Of a DNA stretch of 64,000 bases, positions 11,217 to 25,690 are shown in pieces. Both the position numbers and the translations under genes were made by a program. Origin of the DNA: Macrostomum lignano (lineage: Eukaryota); contig NIVC01002876.1 of assembly GCA_002269645.1 (NCBI GenBank), positions 68,605 to 132,604 on the forward strand, written 5' to 3'. The notes beneath the pieces are model-generated. The model saw nothing but the letters and a program-made list of their open reading frames with translations, did not search any database and was not told the DNA's origin. Position 1 is the first letter of the stretch. Each line of letters starts with the position of its first letter.

Positions 11217-13718
11217 ATGGCTGACAGTGACGCGCGTAAGTGGCTGCTCTGCTTCTTTTGCGTACCCATTTCTGTCATAGTTTTCTTCTTTCAGTTCTTT
11301 TCAGTTCGTTCATTTCTAACTAATTTCTTTTGCTGCTAGTGATGATTGTGATGATACTTTTTTACATTAACGAACTTCAACGAACCACGGTCAACTTGTC
11401 ATAGAGTTACGAAACAACACCTCCTATTCAACACAGAACTGAAGGCAGTATTCTCTTATTTTGATCGGGACGGCACTGGCAAGCTGGATGTTAACGAGAT
11501 TCAAGAGGTGCTTAACGCACTCGGACAGTGCATGACGCCAGACGAAATCAAGGAAATTATGCAGAAGGAGGACATTAATTGTAAGCTGAATTTATCAACT
11601 AATCTAGCACGATTTTGTCTGCCTTATAAACAATAAATTAAAAACCCACAGCTGACGGAGCAATGGACATCAAGGAGTTCATTTCGTTCTTCAAAAAATA
11701 TGGCAAAGAAGCTAATAAAATAAGTCGGGAGATTCGCGACGCCTTCAAGGTAACGCTTTTATTCTTCTGTCAAATTGCTTAATAAAACGTGCCCATTGGC
11801 ACGTTGGCAGCAAGTTTCAAAATAATCGAATTTTAAGGACGTCAAGATACGAGTATCAGCGATTCTTTCCGAAAATTTGGACTTTCAAATACGCGATCTT
11901 TTTAATTTTTCGAGTTTAAAAAATTTAAACCAACGGTTTCCCGATCGTGCAAGTTGTCAATCATAGTACGCTCGTTTTTTTCTCTTTATCATTAGATTAA
12001 CCGCCCTTCGTAACTTTTATGAAAAAAGCTTGATATTTTGTCTTGAAGACATTGGACAAAGTGCTTTGAATTCCGTATGCCTTGAAATATGCTAGTACTT
12101 TATACAGCCGTTCTATTGATAGTCTTAATTCTATTAATCCACGTCTCACTACAGAAATTCGACAAGCAAGGTCGCGGCTACCTGACCCAGGCCGACTTGG
12201 AGAAGATTCTGACCCAGACTGGCGCATTTCCATTCAGCAAGGAGGAGGCCGAGATGTGCTTTAAAGCATTCGACACCAACAAGGACGGCAAGATGGACTA
12301 CGAAGGTAATAAATAATACGGATCGAACTTATGTTGTCAAACTAGGAAGGGTCTTCAGATAGTTTAAGATATTTCAAGTCCTTAGTATAACAAGAGTTAT
12401 ACCCCTCTAGTGGTGTCCCTCCGGTGTTAAACCCCTCTAGTGGTATGTCCCTCCAGCATTATACCCATCTAGTGGTATGTCCCTCCAGCATTATACCCAT
12501 CTAGTGGTATGTCCCTCCAGCATTATACCCATCTAGTGGTATGTCCCTCCAGCATTATACCCATCTAGTGGTATGTCCCTCCAGCATTATACCCATCTAG
12601 TGGTATGTCCCTCCAGCATTATACCCATCTAGTGGTATGTCCCTCCAGCATTATACCCATCTAGTGGTATGTCCCTCCAGCATTATACCCATCTAGTGGT
12701 ATGTCCCTCCAGCATTATACCCATCTAGTGGTATGTCCCTCCAGCATTATACCCATCTAGTGGTATGTCCCTCCAGCATTATACCCATCTAGTGGTATGT
12801 CCCTCCAGCATTATACCCATCTAGTGGTATGTCCCTCCAGCATTATACCCATCTAGTGGTATGTCCCTCCAGCATTATACCCATCTAGTGGTATGTCCCT
12901 CCAGCATTATACCCATCTAGTGGTATGTCCCTCCAGCATTATACCCATCTAGTGGTATGTCCCTCCAGCATTATACCCATCTAGTGGTATGTCCCTCCAG
13001 CATTATACCCATCTAGTGGTGTGTACCTCCAGCATTATACCCATCTAGTGGTGTGTACCTCCGGTGTTATACCCCTCTAGTGGTGTGTCCCTCCGGTGTT
13101 ATACCCCTCCAGTGTTATGCCCCTCCAGCATTATACCCCTCTAGTGGTATGTCCCTCCGGTGTTAAACCCCTCTAGTGGTATGTACCTCCGCTGTTATAT
13201 CCCTCTAGTGGTATGTCCCTCTGGTGTTATACCCATCTAGTGGTATGTCCCTCCGGTGTTATACCCCTCTAGTGGTATGTACCTCCGGTGTTATACCCCT
13301 CTAGTGGTATGTCCCTCTGGTGTTACACCCCTCTAGTGGTATGTCCCTCCGGTGTTATACCCCTCTAGTGGTATGTACCTCCGGTGTTAAACCCCTCTAG
13401 TGGTATGTCCCTCTGGTGTTATACCCTCTAGTGGTATGTCCCTCCGGTGTTATACCCCTCTAGTGGTATGTCCCTCCGGTGTTATACCCCTCTAGTGGTA
13501 TGTACCTCCAGTGTTATGCCCCTCCAGTGTTATACTCATTCAGTGTTATACCCCAGCAGTGATATATCCTCCAGTTTTTCAGTGAGTAATGCTTTTTTAA
13601 AGAAATTCTAATAATTCTTTATACCCACAACCCAAACTATATTGTTGCAGAGTTTGCCAACTTCCTGTGTGCCATCTGCCCGAGCTTTGACGATCTGGAG
13701 AAGCTGAACAATAAGTGA
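11217..13718 (+). CDS. Calmodulin-like EF-hand calcium-binding protein; 5 exons: 11217-11235, 11437-11580, 11652-11749, 12155-12305, 13651-13718 (159 aa)
   Basis: GT-AG introns with consistent phases (1,1,0,1). EF loops DRDGTGKLDVNE, DINSDGAMDIKE, DKQGRGYLTQAD and DTNKDGKMDYEE. Too divergent to be canonical calmodulin. Confidence 0.9.
12400..13560. repeat. 32-bp minisatellite (tagtggtatgtccctccagcattatacccatc) in intron 4 of the calmodulin-like gene
   Basis: Homogeneous core of about 20 identical units with diverged units at both edges. Confidence 0.97.
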
Positions 13719-14199
13719 AAAAGCGTGAATTCAATGACAGTAGAAATGAACCTATCAGTAACAGCCACGCCAGTTCAAAACTATTTTGACCTATACCATG
13801 CTAATCCAACACGTTTGCCTAAAAAAAGACCCTACCTAAACATTGGCTAATTTGCTTCTGTTAAAACATTTAAAATAAATAGATAAACAACAAAAGTAAT
13901 AAAAACACATTGTGACTACTGTTAGTAGTGCAAAATTCAAGATTTACTTTCTTTCAATTAACCACGCAAAAGGAAGAGCAACACTACAGGCAACAATGGG
14001 TTTGGTTACTTCACATGGCAATGACTAATAAACGTCAGGCTGCTATAAAAACTACTCAGCACCAAGTTAGTACTGTTTAGTAGATAGAAGAGTTAATATA
14101 AAGCAATAAAATTCTAACAACCGGATTTAACAGATTTGCGACTGCAGATAAATTTGAAACAGGTCATGATTAGCAAGAAAAAATGCGTTATTACACACA

Positions 14200-14430
<231 letters not shown>

Positions 14431-14510
14431 GATATTCATAAGGCAGTTTGAAACTGCAAACCACGCACTCGGAAGATATTGAAGGTTACCAGTTGTCGAA
14501 AGTTCGAAAA

Positions 14511-14551
14511 AAACCGATATTTCGGCCCAGACTGGGCCTTCGTCAGGGTTT
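14511..14551 (-). ncRNA. Minimal type I hammerhead ribozyme, copy 1
   Basis: Minus strand reads AAACC-CUGACGA-A-GGCCCA guc UGGGCC-GAA-AUAU-C^GGUUU: conserved CUGANGA/GAAA core, stem II, palindromic 4-nt stem III (AUAU), AUC cleavage triplet, stem I AAACC/GGUUU. Confidence 0.85.
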
Positions 14552-16386
14552 ATTTATTCGGGTTTAAAAACAAATATATTGGCAGTGAAGTTATTGTAAC
14601 ATAATTTCAATATATATATATGCTACTTTTGGGGGTGCACTGAGCAGTGTTGAGTAAAGATGTGTACGTATAATTAGTTAAAAACGTGAGTTGAAGCACG
14701 CTGATTGGTTAAAGATTGGCAGCTTAAAGCCTTGCACAAAAAATATTAAAGATGTTAGGTGCTATAGAAAAACAGATTTAGAGCGTAGAAGTGTATGAAT
14801 AAGCATCTTGAAAAGTTCAACAAATAAGTTATTTACGCCCGTAGAATTGAGAACAAATATTAAATTAAAACAGAGCACTGAGAACTTTTCAAAAAGAAGT
14901 GCAAGTAAATAGATGTTATTACATAAACAGTAAATAAATTGAGTCGCCAGGCAGGCCACTAGTTGCAGTTGGCGGCGTCTGGTCACAGATCGCCGCCTGC
15001 ACAGCCCCTGGTCACAGGCGACTGGGCACTGCAGATCAGTTGAGGCTAGATTATCAGTAGTAGTAGCACTAGTAGTTGCAGTAGTAGCTCGTAGTAGTAG
15101 TAATGGAAGTAGTAGTAGTACAAGTATTAGTAGAGTAGTAGTAGAGCAGTCGTAGGCGTAGTCGTAGTAGAGACGTACTGGTAAGCAGTTATTTGAAGTA
15201 GCCAGGCAGGCCACTAGTCGCAGTTGGCGGCGTCTGGTCACAGATCGCCGCCTGCACAGCCCCTGGTCACAGGCGACTGGGCACTGCAGATCAGTTGAGG
15301 CTAGATTATCAGTAGTAGTAGCACTAGTAGTTGCAGTAGTAGCTCGTAGTAGTAGTAATGGAAGTAGTAGTAGTACAAGTATTAGTAGAGTAGTAGTAGA
15401 GCAGTCGTAGGCGTAGTCGTAGTAGAGACGTACTGGTAAGCAGTTATTTGAAGTAGCCAGGCAGGCCACTAGTCGCAGTTGGCGGCGTCTGGTCACAGAT
15501 CGCCGCCTGCACAGCCCCTGGTCACAGGCGACTGGGCACTGCAGATCAGTTGAGGCTAGATTATCAGTAGTAGTAGCACTAGTAGTTGCAGTAGTAGCTC
15601 GTAGTAGTAGTAATGGAAGTAGTAGTAGTACAAGTATTAGTAGAGTAGTAGTAGAGCAGTCGTAGGCGTAGTCGTAGTAGAGACGTACTGGTAAGCAGTT
15701 ATTTGAAGTAGCCAGGCAGGCCACTAGTCGCAGTTGGCGGCGTCTGGTCACAGATCGCCGCCTGCACAGCCCCTGGTCACAGGCGACTGGGCACTGCAGA
15801 TCAGTTGAGGCTAGATTATCAGTAGTAGTAGCACTAGTAGTTGCAGTAGTAGCTCGTAGTAGTAGTAATGGAAGTAGTAGTAGTACAAGTATTAGTAGAG
15901 TAGTAGTAGAGCAGTCGTAGGCGTAGTCGTAGTAGAGACGTACTGGTAAGCAGTTATTTGAAGTAGCCAGGCAGGCCACTAGTCGCAGTTGGCGGCGTCT
16001 GGTCACAGATCGCCGCCTGCACAGCCCCTGGTCACAGGCGACTGGGCACTGCGGATCAGTTGAAGCTAGATTTTCAGTAGTAGTAGCACTAGTAGTTGCA
16101 GTAGTAGTAGTAGTGGTAGTAGAGTAGTAGTAGTACAGTCGTAGTCGTAGCCGTAGTCGTAGTAGTGTCGTGCGTCTTAAATATTCAGCTGCAGAAATAG
16201 TACTCTTGCTTATCCCAAGTAGATTTTTGGCGGAGAATAGCTCGTATACGAAGATATTTTGTTGACAAACATGGCGAGCCTCAATAATAGTCCGGTCCTG
16301 GGTACAGATATTCATAAGGCAGTTTGAAACTGCAAACCACGCACTCGGAAGATATTGAAGGTTACCAGTTGTCGAATGTTCGAAAA

Positions 16387-16427
16387 AAACCGATATTTCG
16401 GCCCAGACTGGGCCTTCGTCAGGGTTT
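16387..16427 (-). ncRNA. Minimal type I hammerhead ribozyme, copy 2
   Basis: Identical to copy 1, offset 1876 bp. Confidence 0.85.
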
Positions 16428-18262
16428 ATTTATTCGGGTTTAAAAACAAATATATTGGCAGTGAAGTTATTGTAACATAATTTCAATATATATATATGCT
16501 ACTTTTGGGGGTGCACTGAGCAGTGTTGAGTAAAGATGTGTACGTATAATTAGTTAAAAACGTGAGTTGAAGCACGCTGATTGGTTAAAGATTGGCAGCT
16601 TAAAGCCTTGCACAAAAAATATTAAAGATGTTAGGTGCTATAGAAAAACAGATTTAGAGCGTAGAAGTGTATGAATAAGCATCTTGAAAAGTTCAACAAA
16701 TAAGTTATTTACGCCCGTAGAATTGAGAACAAATATTAAATTAAAACAGAGCACTGAGAACTTTTCAAAAAGAAGTGCAAGTAAATAGATGTTATTACAT
16801 AAACAGTAAATAAATTGAGTCGCCAGGCAGGCCACTAGTTGCAGTTGGCGGCGTCTGGTCACAGATCGCCGCCTGCACAGCCCCTGGTCACAGGCGACTG
16901 GGCACTGCAGATCAGTTGAGGCTAGATTATCAGTAGTAGTAGCACTAGTAGTTGCAGTAGTAGCTCGTAGTAGTAGTAATGGAAGTAGTAGTAGTACAAG
17001 TATTAGTAGAGTAGTAGTAGAGCAGTCGTAGGCGTAGTCGTAGTAGAGACGTACTGGTAAGCAGTTATTTGAAGTAGCCAGGCAGGCCACTAGTCGCAGT
17101 TGGCGGCGTCTGGTCACAGATCGCCGCCTGCACAGCCCCTGGTCACAGGCGACTGGGCACTGCAGATCAGTTGAGGCTAGATTATCAGTAGTAGTAGCAC
17201 TAGTAGTTGCAGTAGTAGCTCGTAGTAGTAGTAATGGAAGTAGTAGTAGTACAAGTATTAGTAGAGTAGTAGTAGAGCAGTCGTAGGCGTAGTCGTAGTA
17301 GAGACGTACTGGTAAGCAGTTATTTGAAGTAGCCAGGCAGGCCACTAGTCGCAGTTGGCGGCGTCTGGTCACAGATCGCCGCCTGCACAGCCCCTGGTCA
17401 CAGGCGACTGGGCACTGCAGATCAGTTGAGGCTAGATTATCAGTAGTAGTAGCACTAGTAGTTGCAGTAGTAGCTCGTAGTAGTAGTAATGGAAGTAGTA
17501 GTAGTACAAGTATTAGTAGAGTAGTAGTAGAGCAGTCGTAGGCGTAGTCGTAGTAGAGACGTACTGGTAAGCAGTTATTTGAAGTAGCCAGGCAGGCCAC
17601 TAGTCGCAGTTGGCGGCGTCTGGTCACAGATCGCCGCCTGCACAGCCCCTGGTCACAGGCGACTGGGCACTGCAGATCAGTTGAGGCTAGATTATCAGTA
17701 GTAGTAGCACTAGTAGTTGCAGTAGTAGCTCGTAGTAGTAGTAATGGAAGTAGTAGTAGTACAAGTATTAGTAGAGTAGTAGTAGAGCAGTCGTAGGCGT
17801 AGTCGTAGTAGAGACGTACTGGTAAGCAGTTATTTGAAGTAGCCAGGCAGGCCACTAGTCGCAGTTGGCGGCGTCTGGTCACAGATCGCCGCCTGCACAG
17901 CCCCTGGTCACAGGCGACTGGGCACTGCGGATCAGTTGAAGCTAGATTTTCAGTAGTAGTAGCACTAGTAGTTGCAGTAGTAGTAGTAGTGGTAGTAGAG
18001 TAGTAGTAGTACAGTCGTAGTCGTAGCCGTAGTCGTAGTAGTGTCGTGCGTCTTAAATATTCAGCTGCAGAAATAGTACTCTTGCTTATCCCAAGTAGAT
18101 TTTTGGCGGAGAATAGCTCGTATACGAAGATATTTTGTTGACAAACATGGCGAGCCTCAATAATAGTCCGGTCCTGGGTACAGATATTCATAAGGCAGTT
18201 TGAAACTGCAAACCACGCACTCGGAAGATATTGAAGGTTACCAGTTGTCGAATGTTCGAAAA

Positions 18263-18303
18263 AAACCGATATTTCGGCCCAGACTGGGCCTTCGTCAGGG
18301 TTT
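18263..18303 (-). ncRNA. Minimal type I hammerhead ribozyme, copy 3
   Basis: Identical to copy 1, offset 3752 bp. Confidence 0.85.
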
Positions 18304-19645
18304 ATTTATTCGGGTTTAAAAACAAATATATTGGCAGTGAAGTTATTGTAACATAATTTCAATATATATATATGCTACTTTTGGGGGTGCACTGAGCAGT
18401 GTTGAGTAAAGATGTGTACGTATAATTAGTTAAAAACGTGAGTTGAAGCACGCTGATTGGTTAAAGATTGGCAGCTTAAAGCCTTGCACAAAAAATATTA
18501 AAGATGTTAGGTGCTATAGAAAAACAGATTTAGAGCGTAGAAGTGTATGAATAAGCATCTTGAAAAGTTCAACAAATAAGTTATTTACGCCCGTAGAATT
18601 GAGAACAAATATTAAATTAAAACAGAGCACTGAGAACTTTTCAAAAAGAAGTGCAAGTAAATAGATGTTATTACATAAACAGTAAATAAATTGAGTCGCC
18701 AGGCAGGCCACTAGTTGCAGTTGGCGGCGTCTGGTCACAGATCGCCGCCTGCACAGCCCCTGGTCACAGGCGACTGGGCACTGCAGATCAGTTGAGGCTA
18801 GATTATCAGTAGTAGTAGCACTAGTAGTTGCAGTAGTAGCTCGTAGTAGTAGTAATGGAAGTAGTAGTAGTACAAGTATTAGTAGAGTAGTAGTAGAGCA
18901 GTCGTAGGCGTAGTCGTAGTAGAGACGTACTGGTAAGCAGTTATTTGAAGTAGCCAGGCAGGCCACTAGTCGCAGTTGGCGGCGTCTGGTCACAGATCGC
19001 CGCCTGCACAGCCCCTGGTCACAGGCGACTGGGCACTGCAGATCAGTTGAGGCTAGATTATCAGTAGTAGTAGCACTAGTAGTTGCAGTAGTAGCTCGTA
19101 GTAGTAGTAATGGAAGTAGTAGTAGTACAAGTATTAGTAGAGTAGTAGTAGAGCAGTCGTAGGCGTAGTCGTAGTAGAGACGTACTGGTAAGCAGTTATT
19201 TGAAGTAGCCAGGCAGGCCACTAGTCGCAGTTGGCGGCGTCTGGTCACAGATCGCCGCCTGCACAGCCCCTGGTCACAGGCGACTGGGCACTGCGGATCA
19301 GTTGAAGCTAGATTTTCAGTAGTAGTAGCACTAGTAGTTGCAGTAGTAGTAGTAGTGGTAGTAGAGTAGTAGTAGTACAGTCGTAGTCGTAGCCGTAGTC
19401 GTAGTAGTGTCGTGCGTCTTAAATATTCAGCTGCAGAAATAGTACTCTTGCTTATCCCAAGTAGATTTTTGGCGGAGAATAGCTCGTATACGAAGATATT
19501 TTGTTGACAAACATGGCGAGCCTCAATAATAGTCCGGTCCTGGGTACAGATATTCATAAGGCAGTTTGAAACTGCAAACCACGCACTCGGAAGATATTGA
19601 AGGTTACCAGTTGTCGAATGTTCGAAAAAAACGTGGTTTGCAGTT

Positions 19646-22216
<2,571 letters not shown>

Positions 22217-22659
22217 GGCACACAGAGGGGACACACTCACACAGACACAATCAATCTAGCACAGACTGATGAATTCAATTGGACTAAATTAAACTAATAA
22301 ATTGCACTTTAATAAAATATTCTGCGGTAAGCAGGCTGGGGAAACAGCGATTCAGTGGTTAAAAAGTATATAAATGGTATTGGTGAATTACTTGTGCTTC
22401 ACAGCAAGCAAGTGCAAGTAAATCTGATTTAATTGAGGCATGCAGCATAGGATCATGACAAAACCGGATGGTGAAGGGGTTACAAGTTCACTTCGCTATT
22501 GCTGATCTTGAGCTCACTGAGAATATGAAAAGAAGACAACCTAATATCGAGAATATGGATGACTACATCTCCGAGACCTTTACATCATAAATTATCTCAT
22601 GCTCTCTCTCTCTAGATGACTAAAGGATCACGGAACCTCGAGATAATTCCACGATGTTC

Positions 22660-23075
22660 AGATCATCTCTTGATCTTTTCTAACTACTGCAGATCTTTAG
22701 ATCATCTCTTGATCTAGTCTAACAATTGCAGATCTTTAGATTATCTCTAGATCTAGTCTAACAATTGCAGATCTTTAGATCATCTCTAGATCTAGTCTAA
22801 CAATTGCAGATCTCTAGATCATCTCTAGATCTAGTCTAACAATTGCAGATCTTTAGATTATCTCTAGATCTAGTCAAACAATTGCAGATCTTTAGATTAT
22901 CTCTAGATCTAGTCTAACAATTGCAGATCTTTAGATTATCTCTAGATCTAGTCAAACAATTGCAGATCTTTAGATTATCTCTAGATCTAGTCTAACAATT
23001 GCAGATCTTTAGATTATCTCTAGATCTAGTCTAACAATTGCAGATCTTTAGATTATCTCTAGATCTAATCTAACA
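22660..23075. repeat. 39-bp palindrome-rich minisatellite (tctagatctagtctaacaattgcagatctttagattatc)
   Basis: caattg recurs at 39-bp spacing (22801, 22840...); each unit contains TCTAGA, AGATCT and CAATTG palindromes. Confidence 0.9.
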
Positions 23076-23244
23076 AAGCCAGAGATCTTCAGATCAACTT
23101 TAAAATCTATTCTCAAGATTAAAACAACACGGATAGCTTATACTAAGCCTGTAATATCATTATACAGTACAGTAGCTACCAGGTACTAACCAACAATACA
23201 CCGAAACAATGCCAATAAAGTTAACAAAACTACTAACGAATCAA

Positions 23245-24603
23245 TCAATCAGTTTTGACAGCAGCTGGTCGCAGCAGGCGCAGCATTAGCAACACTATCA
23301 TGACAGCGTGACAGCAGTGCAACAGGCCGCTACTAAAGCTAGTTGACGGATAGGTGTTCCAGCACAGCTCTATACAGCCCAGCAACAGTAGCTGAGGAGC
23401 GGCGGGCAGCCTGCACCGCCAGACCAGATAGTGCAAACTGTGAAAATACCAAACGTAGAACTGATAATGCAGCGATCTGGCGCAGACAACGCCGATAAAG
23501 TTACTAACAAACAGTACGCAGACAATGTCTTCAACTGCTGGCAAAACTGTCTCTCCTTGCTGTTTCCCAGCCGCTTGTAGAGGATGGAAACGAATTAATC
23601 GACTAATAGAGAGCCGGCGAGTTCTAGCGTAGGCCAATAGAAAGACCAACAGCAGGGTCAGGTGGACAGTCAGCAGGCCAGCGTGGAACAGCCGATTATG
23701 AAAGACAGCCTCGGGCAGGAAGCGCCAGTTCACCGTCCATTTAAACAGGAATTGTCTGGAGAATTCGAAAGCCCGGCCAAGGTAGGCGGACGTGCTGTAG
23801 GTGAGAAACGGGGCGCCTAGCAACAGTTGGATCAGGGCGCAGACAGACAGCTGGCCGGCCACCTCCCAGACGTGATGACGCATGAGCAGCAGCAGCAGGA
23901 GGCCCGGCGCGTACAGCAGGATGTTCATCTTAACTGACACGGCCAAGCTGTACAGCACGCAGCCAACGGACCAGCGATCGTATAGGAAGCACAGCAGAGC
24001 GGCGTGAAAGAATAGCATAGCAACTGGATCGTTGAATAGACGCAACAGGTGGATAGAATGCACTCGATAGGATAGGCAGCACATGAACACTAACAGGTAG
24101 GGCGGTACCCGGCCAATACGGCGGTAAATTAGCAGAACAATAGCAGTATTGGTCAGGTAGATAGCAGCGAATGCGCACTGAGCAATGAGTATCTGACTGC
24201 CCCGATCTGTCAAATAGTACAGAGCCGAATAAAAGTACACGAATCCGGCCGGATACACGAGAGGCCCGGTGTCGCCGCTAAGCAGACGATAGTCTCTAGT
24301 ACCATTTAGGAAGCCTTCAACTTCTTGCATATAGGCTCGCCAATCGATTTCTGTGTACGGCACGCGCCAGACGATAAGGGCGCAGACAAGAATTTCGGCT
24401 AGTAGCAGCGGTACCGCAACCAAACCGGTGGCGCCCGGTTCCGTTAGCAGATAGCGCGCCCATTCTACTGGGGTACGCGAGGCCAGCTTTTGTCGGCAAG
24501 AATTTATTAGAGAGCGAAGGCTGCCGCTAGCAGACGAGGAAGCTGACGCCGCCGATTTCGGCTTGGCTGGTCGACGGGGCGGCGGAGCCATCGGATGCGG
24601 CAT
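23245..24603 (-). CDS. ALG3: Dol-P-Man:Man5GlcNAc2-PP-dolichol alpha-1,3-mannosyltransferase, intronless CDS (start at ATG 24603 or 24591)
   Basis: Motifs VPYTEIDWRAYMQEVEGFLNG, GDTGPLVYPAGFVY, RVHSIHLLRLFND, SLAVSVKMN, FLFKWTVNWRF, SLHYQFYVWYFHSL and ELCWNTYPST. The track's extension to 24705 runs into the 23-bp repeat. Confidence 0.95.
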   Translation of the reverse strand: MPHPMAPPPRRPAKPKSAASASSSASGSLRSLINSCRQKLASRTPVEWARYLLTEPGATGLVAVPLLLAEILVCALIVWRVPYTEIDWRAYMQEVEGFLNGTRDYRLLSGDTGPLVYPAGFVYFYSALYYLTDRGSQILIAQCAFAAIYLTNTAIVLLIYRRIGRVPPYLLVFMCCLSYRVHSIHLLRLFNDPVAMLFFHAALLCFLYDRWSVGCVLYSLAVSVKMNILLYAPGLLLLLLMRHHVWEVAGQLSVCALIQLLLGAPFLTYSTSAYLGRAFEFSRQFLFKWTVNWRFLPEAVFHNRLFHAGLLTVHLTLLLVFLLAYARTRRLSISRLIRFHPLQAAGKQQGETVLPAVEDIVCVLFVSNFIGVVCARSLHYQFYVWYFHSLHYLVWRCRLPAAPQLLLLGCIELCWNTYPSTSFSSGLLHCCHAVMIVLLMLRLLRPAAVKTD

Positions 24604-24699
24604 GAAGATGGGTGAAGTGAGGCTGCGATTAATAAGCGTCATCACGATTCTAAGAGACAATTTAAAGTGATTCCGGAGACAATCTGGGGCGATTCTAAG

Positions 24700-25143
24700 A
24701 GGCAACTCAAGTCGATTCTAAGAGGCAACTCAAGTCGATTCTAAGAGGCAACTCAAGTCGATTCTAAGAGGCAACTGAAGTCGATTCTAAGAGGCAATTC
24801 AAGTCGATTCTAAGAGGCAACTCAAGGCGATTCTAAGAGGCAATTCAAGGCGATTCTAAGCGGCAACTGAAGGCGGCTCTAAGAGGCAACTCAAGGCGAT
24901 TCTAAGAGGCAACTCAAGGCGATTCTAAGAGGCAATTCAAGGCGATTCTAAGCGGCAACTGAAGGCGGTTCTAAGAGGCAATTCAAGGCGATTCTAAGAG
25001 GCAACTCAAGGCGATTCTAAGAGGCAATTCAAGGCGATTCTAAGCGGCAACTGAAGGCGGTTCTAAGAGGCAACTCAAGTCGATTCTAAGAGGCAACTGA
25101 AGGCGGTTCTAAGAGGCAGTTTAAGGCGATTTTAAGAGGCAAT
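24700..25143. repeat. 23-bp minisatellite (gattctaagaggcaactcaagtc/ggc) between MORN3 and ALG3
   Basis: Direct periodicity. Confidence 0.95.
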
Positions 25144-25690
25144 TTTAAGGGAAATCTTTAAACTTAAGAAAAAACGAATTGCAAAACTAATCACTCAAAT
25201 TATTCAAATTAAAATATAGAAAAACAAAGGCACGTAACAGATTTATTCTGAAACTACACAAACAAGAAATTAAATAACGAAAAACATATAAAAGACACGG
25301 TAAGATTACTCATTTCTACACCATAGTCCCTATTATTTTAGTAAGAATAGGCCAGAGAGGAAGTTATTAAGCAAATTCTAGTTGTAAAAATTTACATACA
25401 TACAGGTAAAATCGGGTTCCAGTGTGTTATCACAGATATTGATAGATCTCAAAGAACATTAAGGACGTACAGAAAAACCAAAACTTATTAAAAAAGAATA
25501 AATTTCAATCGGCGATTAAAACGGCGTTGGAATATATGGACGGATTTGGTGGTAAAAAAGTACACGCGTACATGTACACAGCAGATACGGGAATCAGTGG
25601 GTAACAGTACATAAAGCAAGTCTCTAAATTAGCGAACCAGTAGTGTACTTTAAGAGTGCATCAGCCATGCTAGCCAGTGTAGTTAAATAA

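Noticed and set aside
14762-19557. Three copies of a 517/347-aa ORF as a tandem gene family
   Set aside because: Low-complexity product from (CTA)n-rich subrepeats, no recognisable domain and no RT/endonuclease motifs; kept only as a low-probability cargo hypothesis.
24604-24705. N-terminal extension of ALG3 given by the ORF track
   Set aside because: Starts at a non-ATG codon at the edge of the 23-bp repeat and upstream of an acceptor-like site; no family similarity.
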